DNA of 64,000 bases from NCBI GenBank assembly GCA_949300345.1, contig CASGDR010000001.1, positions 131,835 to 195,834 of the forward strand, read 5' to 3'. The notes under the pieces were generated by a model. It was not told the DNA's origin, did not search any database, and worked only from the letters and a program-made list of their open reading frames with translations. The translations under genes were made by a program, and so were the position numbers. Shown here piece after piece: positions 8,248 through 16,802 of this stretch. Position 1 is the first letter of the stretch. Each line of letters begins with the position of its first letter. The stretch is from an uncultured bacterium. GTDB lineage: Bacteria > Bacillota_I > Bacilli_A > RFN20 > CAG-826.

Positions 8248-11200
8248 TCTCGCCCCCGCTTTCAGGGGCCGCTTCGTTTTCCCCGTTTAGATGTTCATAC
8301 AGTTCGGTTTCCGAGTGGATCAAGACCTTGCAGCCCTTATTGGAGAAGGCCGTATCGGGCTGGGCGGCCACCACCCCTTCCTTCTGCAGCCTAGCCATGA
8401 TCTTGCCCGAACGCGGGAATCCGACCGAGAAAGTGCGCTGGATATAGGAGGCCGAGGTGTAGTCCCTGGCCATGATCGCCCGCCTGATTTCCTCATAGGC
8501 TTCCTCGTCGGAAGCGGCCTTGAGTTCCTTAGTGGAAGGCCCGCTTGCGGCAGCGGCCGCGGCGGCCTCTTCCTCTTCCTCGGGATCCCTGAGGTCAAGG
8601 AAGTTAGGATCATATCTTGGCTTGGATTCCTTGCGGATGAAGTTGCAGACCTTGGCGATTTCCAGGTCGGTGACATAGCAGCCCTGCAGCCTCACCAAGG
8701 CATTGCGGCCGATCTCGAAGCAGTTGACGAGCATGTCGCCCTTACCGATGAGCTGTTCGGCCCCTTCGGTATCAAGGATGATGCGGGAGTTGATGCCGTT
8801 TTTGACCATGAGGGCAACCTGGACGCCGAGGTTGGCCTTGATGGAGCCGTCGACGATGTCAGCGGAGGGCCTTTGGGTGGCCAATATCACGTGGATGCCG
8901 GCGGCCCTAGCCTTTGCGGTAAGGCGGATGATGACCGAGTCGACGTCCTTGCAGTTGACCTTGAGGTCGGTGTATTCGTCGATGCAGACAACGATGAACG
9001 GCACCTTCTTCTTGCCGAATTCCTCGCACATGGAATTGTAGCCGCGGATATTGCTGACCCCTAGATCGGCGAAAAGGGCAAAGCGCCTTTCCATCTCGTC
9101 GCAGAGTTTCTGCAGTGCCATCTTGGCTTGGTTTGGAGCGGAGATAACGGGGCAAAGAAGATGGGGAAGGTCATGGTATTTCATGAATTCGACCGTCTTG
9201 GGGTCGACCATCACCAACCGCAGTTCCTCAGGGGTATTGCGCATGACCAAAGAGAGGATCATCCCGTTGACGAAGACGGATTTGCCCGAGCCGGTAGTCC
9301 CGGCCACGAGCATATGCGGGAAGTCGGCCATGTTGGCGGACATGCACTCCCCGGATATGGCCTTGCCAAAGGGAACGTACATGTTTTTCGAGCCATCGGA
9401 GTTATCCGGTAGCGCCAAGAACATTTCCTTGAAGGAAACCGAAGAGGTAAAGGTATTGGGAATCTCCAAACCGGAGGTGGTCTTGCCCCTAACGACCTGC
9501 TCGAAGCGGGCCCCGGTTCCGCCTAGACGGATATTGAGGTCGGTCATGTAGCGGGCCACCTGGCTGACCGAGGCGTCCTTGGCGGTCTGTAGGTCGAAGC
9601 GGGTAATCGAAGGCCCGATGGTATAGCCCACGGCCCTACAGGGAACCGAAAGGTCTTCGAAGATGGAGTTGATGGTAGCCATCTTCTCCTCTGCTTCGAA
9701 GATGAGCTTTTCCTCGTCACCGTTCTGGGGTATTTCGTTTAAAAGCTCGATGGGCGGGAGCACATAGGGAATCTCCGGTTCGGGCTCCGGTTCGGGTTCG
9801 GGCTCTGGTTGCGGGGCTGGAGCGGGCTTAGTTGCCGGCTGGGGTTTTGGAGCCGTAGGTGAGGGCGCGGGAGCGGGCTTGGGTGCTTCTTCAATAGACG
9901 GTGCCGGCTGGGGTTCGGGGACGATGGAAGGTATCTCGATGAGATTGTCTTCCTCTTCTGCTTCGGGAGTGGTTTCCTCTACTTTGGGCTCGCTTTGCGG
10001 GGAAATATCACCGATGGGCGCAATTTCCGGCTCGGGTTCGGGTTCGGAGGATAGCGGAACGGCAATAGGAGCCGGATCCGTCTTTATGGGCTCGCTTACT
10101 GCGGGCGCTACTACTTGTGCGGGCTTAGGAGCAGGGGCTTCCGGCTGGGCGGGAACCTGAAGGGAAGAGAGGCTTGGCACCGCGGTCGGGATTTCATAGA
10201 AAAGGCTTTCCTGGCTCGTGGTTTCGGGATTCTGGATCGGAGGCTGGGCCGGGGCGACCGGTTTGCTGCCGGGGGCCGAGAAAGTGGCCGGGTATAGGCC
10301 CGAATCGGAGAAATCATCCCTATCGAGGTTCAGGAAGATGGGATTATCGTCAGCCGGGATTTCCCGGGCGATGGCCGGGTTGTCAATACGCTCACGCATG
10401 GCGTTTTCAACCCTTGAAAGGGTAGGACGGCTAGCACGGGCGCGGCTTTCTTCCAATGAGCTTTCCTCCATCCCGGCGCTAACAAGGGATTCGCGGGATT
10501 CCTGCTCGTTGATGTATTTTTCATAGAAGGCCCTTAGTTCCTTCTCTTCCTTTTCGGATTCGATCAATTGGCGGCGGCTTTCCTTTTCTTCCTTCCGCTT
10601 GGCCTTGGCGATGGCCCGGTTGGCCCTAGCGCTCCTAAGAAGGATAGCGATGGGCCTAGAGAAAAGGATGATGAAGCCGATGATGATGAAAAGGACGGCA
10701 ATGATGAAGACCAGATAGGCCCCCGCCATGTTGAGGACAGCAGCAAGGCAATAGAACAGAGCGCCACCGCCGAGCTCACTAAGAAGGACCATATCCCCCT
10801 TATCGGGCTGCGAATTGATGAGGCCGAAGCCGATTTCCGGATTGCTTCCATCAAAGATGGAGAAGTCGCTAAGGGATTCATTTCCCCCGCTACCGGCATG
10901 GGCCATGATGAGGCCGAGTCCCACGAAGATGCAAAGGAAGGTCAGCATGATCTTCTTCCCACCCGGGTTTTCCGGAAGCGACCCCAGCAAAAGATAGGAA
11001 ATCCCCACCAGGATCAAAAAGGGAAGCATGAACCAGTAGCCGACCAGACCGAAGACATAGACGATGCCATATCCCACGCCCCAGAAGTTGGAAAACGGGG
11101 AAAGCATGGCAAAGACGCAGGCCAAAGAGAGGATCAAACCCGAAACTTTCTTGATGTCCTTGAAGCTGATGTCGCGTTTCGCCATAGATATCGGGGCCAT
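8240..11200 (-). CDS. ftsK: DNA translocase FtsK/SpoIIIE
   Basis: 986 aa. N-terminal TM helices, a long P/E/A-rich linker containing (PE)6, a Walker A motif GTTGSGKS, and a C-terminal gamma (winged-helix) domain. Confidence 0.9.
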   Translation of the reverse strand: MAPISMAKRDISFKDIKKVSGLILSLACVFAMLSPFSNFWGVGYGIVYVFGLVGYWFMLPFLILVGISYLLLGSLPENPGGKKIMLTFLCIFVGLGLIMAHAGSGGNESLSDFSIFDGSNPEIGFGLINSQPDKGDMVLLSELGGGALFYCLAAVLNMAGAYLVFIIAVLFIIIGFIILFSRPIAILLRSARANRAIAKAKRKEEKESRRQLIESEKEEKELRAFYEKYINEQESRESLVSAGMEESSLEESRARASRPTLSRVENAMRERIDNPAIAREIPADDNPIFLNLDRDDFSDSGLYPATFSAPGSKPVAPAQPPIQNPETTSQESLFYEIPTAVPSLSSLQVPAQPEAPAPKPAQVVAPAVSEPIKTDPAPIAVPLSSEPEPEPEIAPIGDISPQSEPKVEETTPEAEEEDNLIEIPSIVPEPQPAPSIEEAPKPAPAPSPTAPKPQPATKPAPAPQPEPEPEPEPEPEIPYVLPPIELLNEIPQNGDEEKLIFEAEEKMATINSIFEDLSVPCRAVGYTIGPSITRFDLQTAKDASVSQVARYMTDLNIRLGGTGARFEQVVRGKTTSGLEIPNTFTSSVSFKEMFLALPDNSDGSKNMYVPFGKAISGECMSANMADFPHMLVAGTTGSGKSVFVNGMILSLVMRNTPEELRLVMVDPKTVEFMKYHDLPHLLCPVISAPNQAKMALQKLCDEMERRFALFADLGVSNIRGYNSMCEEFGKKKVPFIVVCIDEYTDLKVNCKDVDSVIIRLTAKARAAGIHVILATQRPSADIVDGSIKANLGVQVALMVKNGINSRIILDTEGAEQLIGKGDMLVNCFEIGRNALVRLQGCYVTDLEIAKVCNFIRKESKPRYDPNFLDLRDPEEEEEAAAAAAASGPSTKELKAASDEEAYEEIRRAIMARDYTSASYIQRTFSVGFPRSGKIMARLQKEGVVAAQPDTAFSNKGCKVLIHSETELYEHLNGENEAAPESGGENA
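9772..9815 (-). repeat. Short tandem DNA repeat (ggttcgggctcc-type) encoding a (PE)6 tract in the FtsK linker
   Basis: The DNA periodicity is directly visible and encodes PEPEPEPEPEPE. Confidence 0.6.
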
Positions 11201-12921
11201 TAGGCCACTTCGATGAGCAGGGGCAGGACCATCGGCTCCTTGCCGGTGGAGCGCCTGATCGAGCGCAGGGATTTCTCATAGACCGTCTGCTTGATGGATT
11301 CGATGGAATATTCCTCGGAAGCCAGGCATTCCTCGACGGTAGAGACAAAGATCCGACTGACCTCGCGGATGATGGACTCCGCGTCTTTGACATAGACGAA
11401 GCCCCGCATCTGCACGTCGGGCCCTGCCACGATCCTGCGTTTGGATTTGGAGATGGTAAGGGCGAGGACCACCACGCCTTCGGCGAGCTTTTCGCGGTCG
11501 CTGAGGACCTTGGCCCCGACGTCCCCTACTCCCATGCCGTCGATCATCAGATCGCCATGGGGTATGTCCTCGTTGATGAGGCGTCCTCCCTTTTCGTCGA
11601 TGATGACGGTCAATCCGTTTTCGGGAAGGAAGACGTTTGAATGGTTGAGCTTGATGCCCATGGAAAGGGCCACTTCGGCATTGTTGAGAAGATCCTTGAA
11701 GAAGCCTTTGAGCGGAATGTAGTACTTGGGCTTGAGCAAGGAGAGCATCATCTTCAGGTCCTCTTCGGAGGCGTGCATCTTGCGCAGCTGCTTCTTGGAA
11801 AGGTTGATGACATGGGCCCCGGTGCGATAGAGCTCATCGACCGCATCGGTGAATTCTATTTCGGTATTGTCGTTGGCCGGGCAGGCGACTACGAAGGTAT
11901 CCGAAGCGTCCAAAACGATGCGCTTGTCCTCGTTTTGCCTAGCGGCCAAGAGGCCGATCTTGTTATAGAGATCGGGTCCGGCGGCCAGCATCATGATCAT
12001 TTCGTCGGAATCCTTGATGCGCAATATGTCATCTAGGGGCGCGAAATTCTCCTTGGGAATAGTGAGAACCGAAAGGGTGGAAAGGGTCTTCAGCGTTTCG
12101 GCTGTTTCCTTATCGTAGGGAATGATTTTCTTCCTAGAAGAAACCGCCATAGCCACGGCTTCGGAAATGTTATAGGTATTGGAAGCGAAAAGGGCGACGA
12201 AGACCCGGCCCTTGGCATCCTTGATATCGCGCTCCACCAAGGGGGCGAGCTTGTAGTTGGGGGCGGTATAGCCGGGATGGTCGGCGAATTTGGATTCGCT
12301 AAGCAATGCCAAAGTCGGTTCCTCGGCCAATTTGGCAATGGCCGCCATATCCTGCTGGAAGCCAGGCTTGGCATTGTTTTCGACCACGAAATCGCCGGAG
12401 AAGACGACATTGCCGAGGCTGGTGGAAATGGCCATGCCGCTGGAATCGGCGATGTTATGGGCCGTATGGAAATAGACGACCTTGCGACCGGCTACCTTGA
12501 AGGTGGAAGAAGGCGGGACTTCGTGGAAGTCATACATCTCCGGATCCATCTTGCGGCTGCGGGTAAAGGTCTTGAGCATCTCGATGGTAAAGCGGCTGGC
12601 ATATACCGGGGCAGGAACATCCTGATAGAAATAGGCAATGGCCGCCATATCGTCCTCGTCGCCTTGGAGCAGGAAATAGGCCTTCACGTCATCCTTGCGT
12701 TCGATCAGGTAGTCGTGCCTGGGTATGACATAGTCGATGCCAGGCAAGGTGCGGTCGGGATAGCGGACCCCGCAGCCGACCACGAAAAGGTCGCCCGAGA
12801 TGTCCAGAAGAACACAGTTCTTGCCGTCTTCGTCCAGACCGCCTAGGGAAATTAGTCTAATGGTATCGTTCATTTCTAAATCACTCTCTAAAAAACGCAA
12901 GGCTCCAAACCTTATAGCCAT
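11200..12921 (-). CDS. RNase J-like metallo-beta-lactamase/beta-CASP protein with degenerate active site
   Basis: 573 aa. Clear collinearity with B. subtilis RNase J1 (GIDYVIP..., HSIPDS->HNIADS, HTGDF->FSGDF). The HGHEDH zinc motif is replaced by QGDEDD, and the C-terminal motif-C His appears replaced by Lys (PIHGEY->PLKGFF). Confidence 0.75.
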   Translation of the reverse strand: MAIRFGALRFLESDLEMNDTIRLISLGGLDEDGKNCVLLDISGDLFVVGCGVRYPDRTLPGIDYVIPRHDYLIERKDDVKAYFLLQGDEDDMAAIAYFYQDVPAPVYASRFTIEMLKTFTRSRKMDPEMYDFHEVPPSSTFKVAGRKVVYFHTAHNIADSSGMAISTSLGNVVFSGDFVVENNAKPGFQQDMAAIAKLAEEPTLALLSESKFADHPGYTAPNYKLAPLVERDIKDAKGRVFVALFASNTYNISEAVAMAVSSRKKIIPYDKETAETLKTLSTLSVLTIPKENFAPLDDILRIKDSDEMIMMLAAGPDLYNKIGLLAARQNEDKRIVLDASDTFVVACPANDNTEIEFTDAVDELYRTGAHVINLSKKQLRKMHASEEDLKMMLSLLKPKYYIPLKGFFKDLLNNAEVALSMGIKLNHSNVFLPENGLTVIIDEKGGRLINEDIPHGDLMIDGMGVGDVGAKVLSDREKLAEGVVVLALTISKSKRRIVAGPDVQMRGFVYVKDAESIIREVSRIFVSTVEECLASEEYSIESIKQTVYEKSLRSIRRSTGKEPMVLPLLIEVA

Positions 12922-13007
12922 TATAGGCTATCGCAGGGGTCTATGTTTAGCCCTGAATGGTAAAAATGCAAATCGGGATCAAGAGGTTGCCAGAAGGCAT
13001 AGCCGAA

Positions 13008-13568
13008 CTACTTGGCTAGGTCCTTCCTGGGCCAAGGATAATCAAGCAGGGTTTCCAAGCTGTAAAGGTCCTTGATGCGGATGCCTTTATCGTCCCAAAT
13101 GGCAAAGCTGGGCCTTCTATCCTGTTTAGGGAAGGAGGCCGAGCCGGGATTGAGCCACAAAGCCCCATCTTTCTCAATGAGCCCATAGAGATGGGTATGT
13201 CCGGAAATATAGAGGTCTTGGGATCCCTGCAGCCTTTCAATGGAATAGTCGTCGCCATGGTACAAGGCGGTTTTGACCCCATTGATGTCCAGATAGACGA
13301 TATCCTCGAGGCAGGCAAATTTGAGAAGGTCGCGGTCGATGCGGGAATCGCAGTTGCCGATGCAGCCGTAGGTGATGCTTCCGTGTTTATTGAGAATCTG
13401 GCAGACCTCCATCGGCTCATAGTCCTCGGGTACCCCGTTGCGGGGACCGTTGTACATGAAATCCCCAAGCAAAAAGATCAGATCGGGTTTTTCTTCAGAG
13501 ATGATTTCCTCAAGCCTAGAAGCGGCCTTGACCCTTCCATGGATGTCGCTTGCAATCAGTATTTTCAT
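13008..13568 (-). CDS. YfcE-like metallophosphoesterase (phosphodiesterase)
   Basis: 186 aa with the motifs MKILIASDIHGR and GDFMYNGP. Confidence 0.7.
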   Translation of the reverse strand: MKILIASDIHGRVKAASRLEEIISEEKPDLIFLLGDFMYNGPRNGVPEDYEPMEVCQILNKHGSITYGCIGNCDSRIDRDLLKFACLEDIVYLDINGVKTALYHGDDYSIERLQGSQDLYISGHTHLYGLIEKDGALWLNPGSASFPKQDRRPSFAIWDDKGIRIKDLYSLETLLDYPWPRKDLAK

Positions 13569-13921
13569 TTCTTTACCTCGATGTCGCGGGTGGCGATGAT
13601 CTTACAATCTATGCCTAGCGGCTTATCGTAGACCACATCGCCTAATTTAATCGGAGCGTTGATTTTGATGGTTTTCAGGAAAAGGGAGATTTCTTTTTGC
13701 TTGTCCCTAGGTACCCCAGAATCGGACCTAACGGGGCAGCGGGTCATGGTGCCTCCACTGACTTTGACCGTTGTAGTCAGCGTACGCCTAGGATCAAAGG
13801 TCTCCTGACGTCCATAGGTGGCTCCTCGGGGACAGGAATTGCCACTGACATTTCCTGACTCATCGACTCTCAGGTGGCATGACCTAGGGCAGATAATGCA
13901 CACAAACTCCTTGGTGCTCAT
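13565..13921 (-). CDS. DUF1667-domain protein (small Cys-rich subunit of the GlpA-like dehydrogenase cluster)
   Basis: 118 aa with CxxC motifs. It is the third gene of a three-gene cluster with two FAD oxidoreductases. Confidence 0.6.
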   Translation of the reverse strand: MSTKEFVCIICPRSCHLRVDESGNVSGNSCPRGATYGRQETFDPRRTLTTTVKVSGGTMTRCPVRSDSGVPRDKQKEISLFLKTIKINAPIKLGDVVYDKPLGIDCKIIATRDIEVKK

Positions 13922-15189
13922 GGGTCTACCTCCTTGTCGACTACTGAAACGACTATAGGTTGTTGGTTGTTTTCTAGTAGTTTTTTAGGAATTGATATAA
14001 TTTCCAGTTCACTAGGCAACAACGCTAGTTTTACTATCTTTCTAAGTAGTTTGTCCCCTTGTTTGATTTCAACAGAACATTGTTTGTGCGGTTTTCTGGC
14101 CCTGAATTTGAGCTTCAGAATCTCATTCGGCCCGTTGAGATCTACATGCTCAGGCAAAACATAGGAAATACCATCCCCTACGTTGACATCTAGCAAGCAT
14201 TTCTCATTCTGGGTTTCCCCAAGAACGAATCGGGCCGCTGATAAGCCAGCTTGCCTACCCTCGTCCAAAGCGAAGTCGGCAAGGTCATGGATATGTAGGA
14301 CATTGCCTGCGGTGAAGATGCCTGGCACGCTGGTCTCTAGCGAATCATCGACTTCAGAGCCTTTGGCGCGACCTTGTTTGATACCAATGTTATTTAATAA
14401 TCCATTGTTGGGAATCAAGCCGACGGAAAGTATCAATGCGTCGCATTCATAGATTTTTCCGGTGCCAGCGATGGGCTGGAGTTTATCATCCACTTCCACT
14501 ATCTCCACGGCTTCTAGACGCTCGCGCCCGATAACCCTTCCGACCGTATGGCTGAGCAATAAAGGAATCCCAAAATCATCCAGGCATTGGACCTTGTTCC
14601 TCAATAGTCCGTTGCTATATGGCATGATCTCGGCCACGGCCAAGACCTTGGCCCCTTCTAGGCTGAGCCTTCTAGCCATGATAAGACCGATATCGCCCGA
14701 GCCTAGGATAAAGACCTTCTTCCCGACCATATAGCCCATTTCGTTTAGGGCAAGCTGGGCTTCCCCTGCCGGCATCACGCCTTTTGGCCTATCGCCGGGC
14801 ACGGCAATGGCCCCGGCCGTCCTTTCCAAGGAACCGGCCGCCATGACCACGGCTTTGGCGTATACCTTCACGAATCCTTCCTTTGGAGATAGGTAGGTCA
14901 ATACCTTGTCTGGAGTAAGGGAGGTTACGAAAGCTTCGGTCCTATATTCGATTCCCCTTCTTTTGACTTCATTGGCCAAACGGGTTAAAAACTCAGGGCC
15001 GGTCAGCTCTTCTTTGTATTCATTGAGGCCGAATCCGGCATGGATGCACTGATTTAGGATGCCACCGAGATTGGCCTTTTTTTCAAGGATGAGGATGTCC
15101 CTAACCCCATGATCATAAGCGGCCACGGCAGCCCCTAGTCCGGCCGCTCCGGCTCCGATGATGGCTATATCGACATGCTTTTCCATCAA
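13918..15189 (-). CDS. FAD/NAD(P)-binding pyridine nucleotide-disulfide-type oxidoreductase (GlpB-like subunit)
   Basis: 423 aa with N-terminal IGAGAAG and a second Rossmann motif GSGDIG. Confidence 0.65.
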   Translation of the reverse strand: MMEKHVDIAIIGAGAAGLGAAVAAYDHGVRDILILEKKANLGGILNQCIHAGFGLNEYKEELTGPEFLTRLANEVKRRGIEYRTEAFVTSLTPDKVLTYLSPKEGFVKVYAKAVVMAAGSLERTAGAIAVPGDRPKGVMPAGEAQLALNEMGYMVGKKVFILGSGDIGLIMARRLSLEGAKVLAVAEIMPYSNGLLRNKVQCLDDFGIPLLLSHTVGRVIGRERLEAVEIVEVDDKLQPIAGTGKIYECDALILSVGLIPNNGLLNNIGIKQGRAKGSEVDDSLETSVPGIFTAGNVLHIHDLADFALDEGRQAGLSAARFVLGETQNEKCLLDVNVGDGISYVLPEHVDLNGPNEILKLKFRARKPHKQCSVEIKQGDKLLRKIVKLALLPSELEIISIPKKLLENNQQPIVVSVVDKEVDP

Positions 15190-16610
15190 TCCAACTCCTC
15201 GTAGAAGCCTTTTAGCCCGGTAGAACCGTCGTCCTTGAGACTATTTCCCTTCAATATGACCCGGATATTGGGTTCGCAGAACGAGCCGCCGCATTTGCCG
15301 AATCCGGCCCTGATCCTAAGTTTAAGCATCCTGTATCCGTTGGTGGGCACGGCCCTAGAAAGCAGGTCCTTGACCTCCCCTAGGGTTATCTTTTCGCAGC
15401 CGCAGACGATTTTGCCATAGGCCGGATTCCTAGCGATAAGCGCATCCCTTTCCTCGGGTTTTAGAGTCAGGGGCTTGATATAGGGCCTTACCCTCGGATT
15501 GAAATCATCCTTTTGCACTAGGTTTAGGTTTAGCGCGACCAGCTGTTCTATCACATGCCTAGCGATGGCCGGAGCCGACGCCAAACCCGGGGATTCGATG
15601 CCTGCGCAGTTGATGAAGCCCTTGTGTCCTGGGGCTTCCTCGATGATGAAATCATGGGTCGAAGGCGTAGCCCTAACCCCGGCAAAGACGCGGATTATCT
15701 GGTCCAAAGGGAGTTTCGGGGCAATTTTCAGGGCTCCTTCCTTGACCATCTTCAGGGTGATGGGATCGGTGGATTTGTCATTCAAGTCATCCTCAAATTC
15801 GCTGGAAGGACCAAGCAAGTAGTTATAAGCCGTGGTCGGAACCACCAGGATGCCCTTTCCTTTCTCGCTGGGAAGCGGGAAAAGGACGTGCTTAATGAAG
15901 GAGGGATCGAAATGGTCGAGGACATAGTATTGGCCCTTGCGAGGCAAGATCTTCCAATCGTGATCATAAAGCAAGGAAGCGATGTCCGCGCTATGGACGC
16001 CGGCGCAGTTGATGAGGACTTTGCAGGCATATTCGCCTTTGTTTGTCTTTACTAGGTAGCCGCCTTCTTTTTCGCAAATGGCGACAACTTCCTCGGAAGT
16101 GTGCAGTTCCACCCCGTTTTCGATGGCGTTTTCAAAGGCATGGGCCACCAAGGTAAAGGGATTGATGATGGCGGCCGGGGCCCATAGGGCGGCGGTAGCC
16201 TTTTTGGAGACATTGGGCTCTGCCTTTTGGAGTTCTTCCTGGTCTAAGATGCGGGTTTCTACCCCGTTTAGCTTGCCCCTTTCCTGAAGCTCTTTTAGGA
16301 CATCCTCGTCCTGTTTACCAAAGGCAAGGGTCAAGGAACCGATGGGTTTGAAAGAGACATCGAGATCCTTGCAGATCTGGGGATACATGGCCGCCCCGGC
16401 TACATTGAACAGGGCCTTCTTGGTGCCAGGCTTAGGGTCATAGCCCGAATGGACGATGGCGGAATTGGCGCTGGAGGTGCCCTCTCCGACATCCCTTTGC
16501 TTTTCGATAACCAAAACCGAAACCTTATAGCGGCTCAGTTCGCGAGAGACAAAAGCCCCGATTACCCCGCCGCCGACGATAAGAGCATCGTAGATTTGCC
16601 TGTTGGACAT
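15186..16610 (-). CDS. FAD-dependent glycerol-3-phosphate dehydrogenase-like oxidoreductase with C-terminal BFD-like [2Fe-2S] domain (GlpA-like)
   Basis: 474 aa with N-terminal VGGGVIGAFVSRELS and C-terminal Cys motifs CGCE....C..GGSFC. Confidence 0.7.
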   Translation of the reverse strand: MSNRQIYDALIVGGGVIGAFVSRELSRYKVSVLVIEKQRDVGEGTSSANSAIVHSGYDPKPGTKKALFNVAGAAMYPQICKDLDVSFKPIGSLTLAFGKQDEDVLKELQERGKLNGVETRILDQEELQKAEPNVSKKATAALWAPAAIINPFTLVAHAFENAIENGVELHTSEEVVAICEKEGGYLVKTNKGEYACKVLINCAGVHSADIASLLYDHDWKILPRKGQYYVLDHFDPSFIKHVLFPLPSEKGKGILVVPTTAYNYLLGPSSEFEDDLNDKSTDPITLKMVKEGALKIAPKLPLDQIIRVFAGVRATPSTHDFIIEEAPGHKGFINCAGIESPGLASAPAIARHVIEQLVALNLNLVQKDDFNPRVRPYIKPLTLKPEERDALIARNPAYGKIVCGCEKITLGEVKDLLSRAVPTNGYRMLKLRIRAGFGKCGGSFCEPNIRVILKGNSLKDDGSTGLKGFYEELD

Positions 16611-16755
16611 ATATCGTTTGTATTATAGCCAAAGCCCCGTTCTTTTATTAGCAGGCAGCGCCAATCTGATAGTGTCTAACTTATCGTAGGCACCAAAGCA
16701 AAAGGCCACCGATATTATTGACTTAGGAGATGGTGGCCATATCACAACGGAAGTA

Positions 16756-16788
16756 AGAAAAAGGACCCGGGAGCTACCTCCTGGGTCC
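16756..16788 (-). terminator. Rho-independent terminator downstream of pnp
   Basis: On the minus strand the sequence GGACCCAGGAGGTAGCTCCCGGGTCC is followed by a T-run. Confidence 0.6.
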
Positions 16789-16802
16789 TAATAGATAAGG
16801 GA

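Noticed and set aside
10568-11203. 211 aa plus-strand ORF antisense to ftsK N-terminus
   Set aside because: It is antisense to the FtsK membrane domain and has D/E/G-rich low-complexity translation.
16703-16737. Second hairpin GGCCACC...GGTGGCC between glpA-like start and pnp end as regulatory element
   Set aside because: It has a long 19 nt loop and no U-tract. It is possibly a weak structure, but it cannot be supported as functional.
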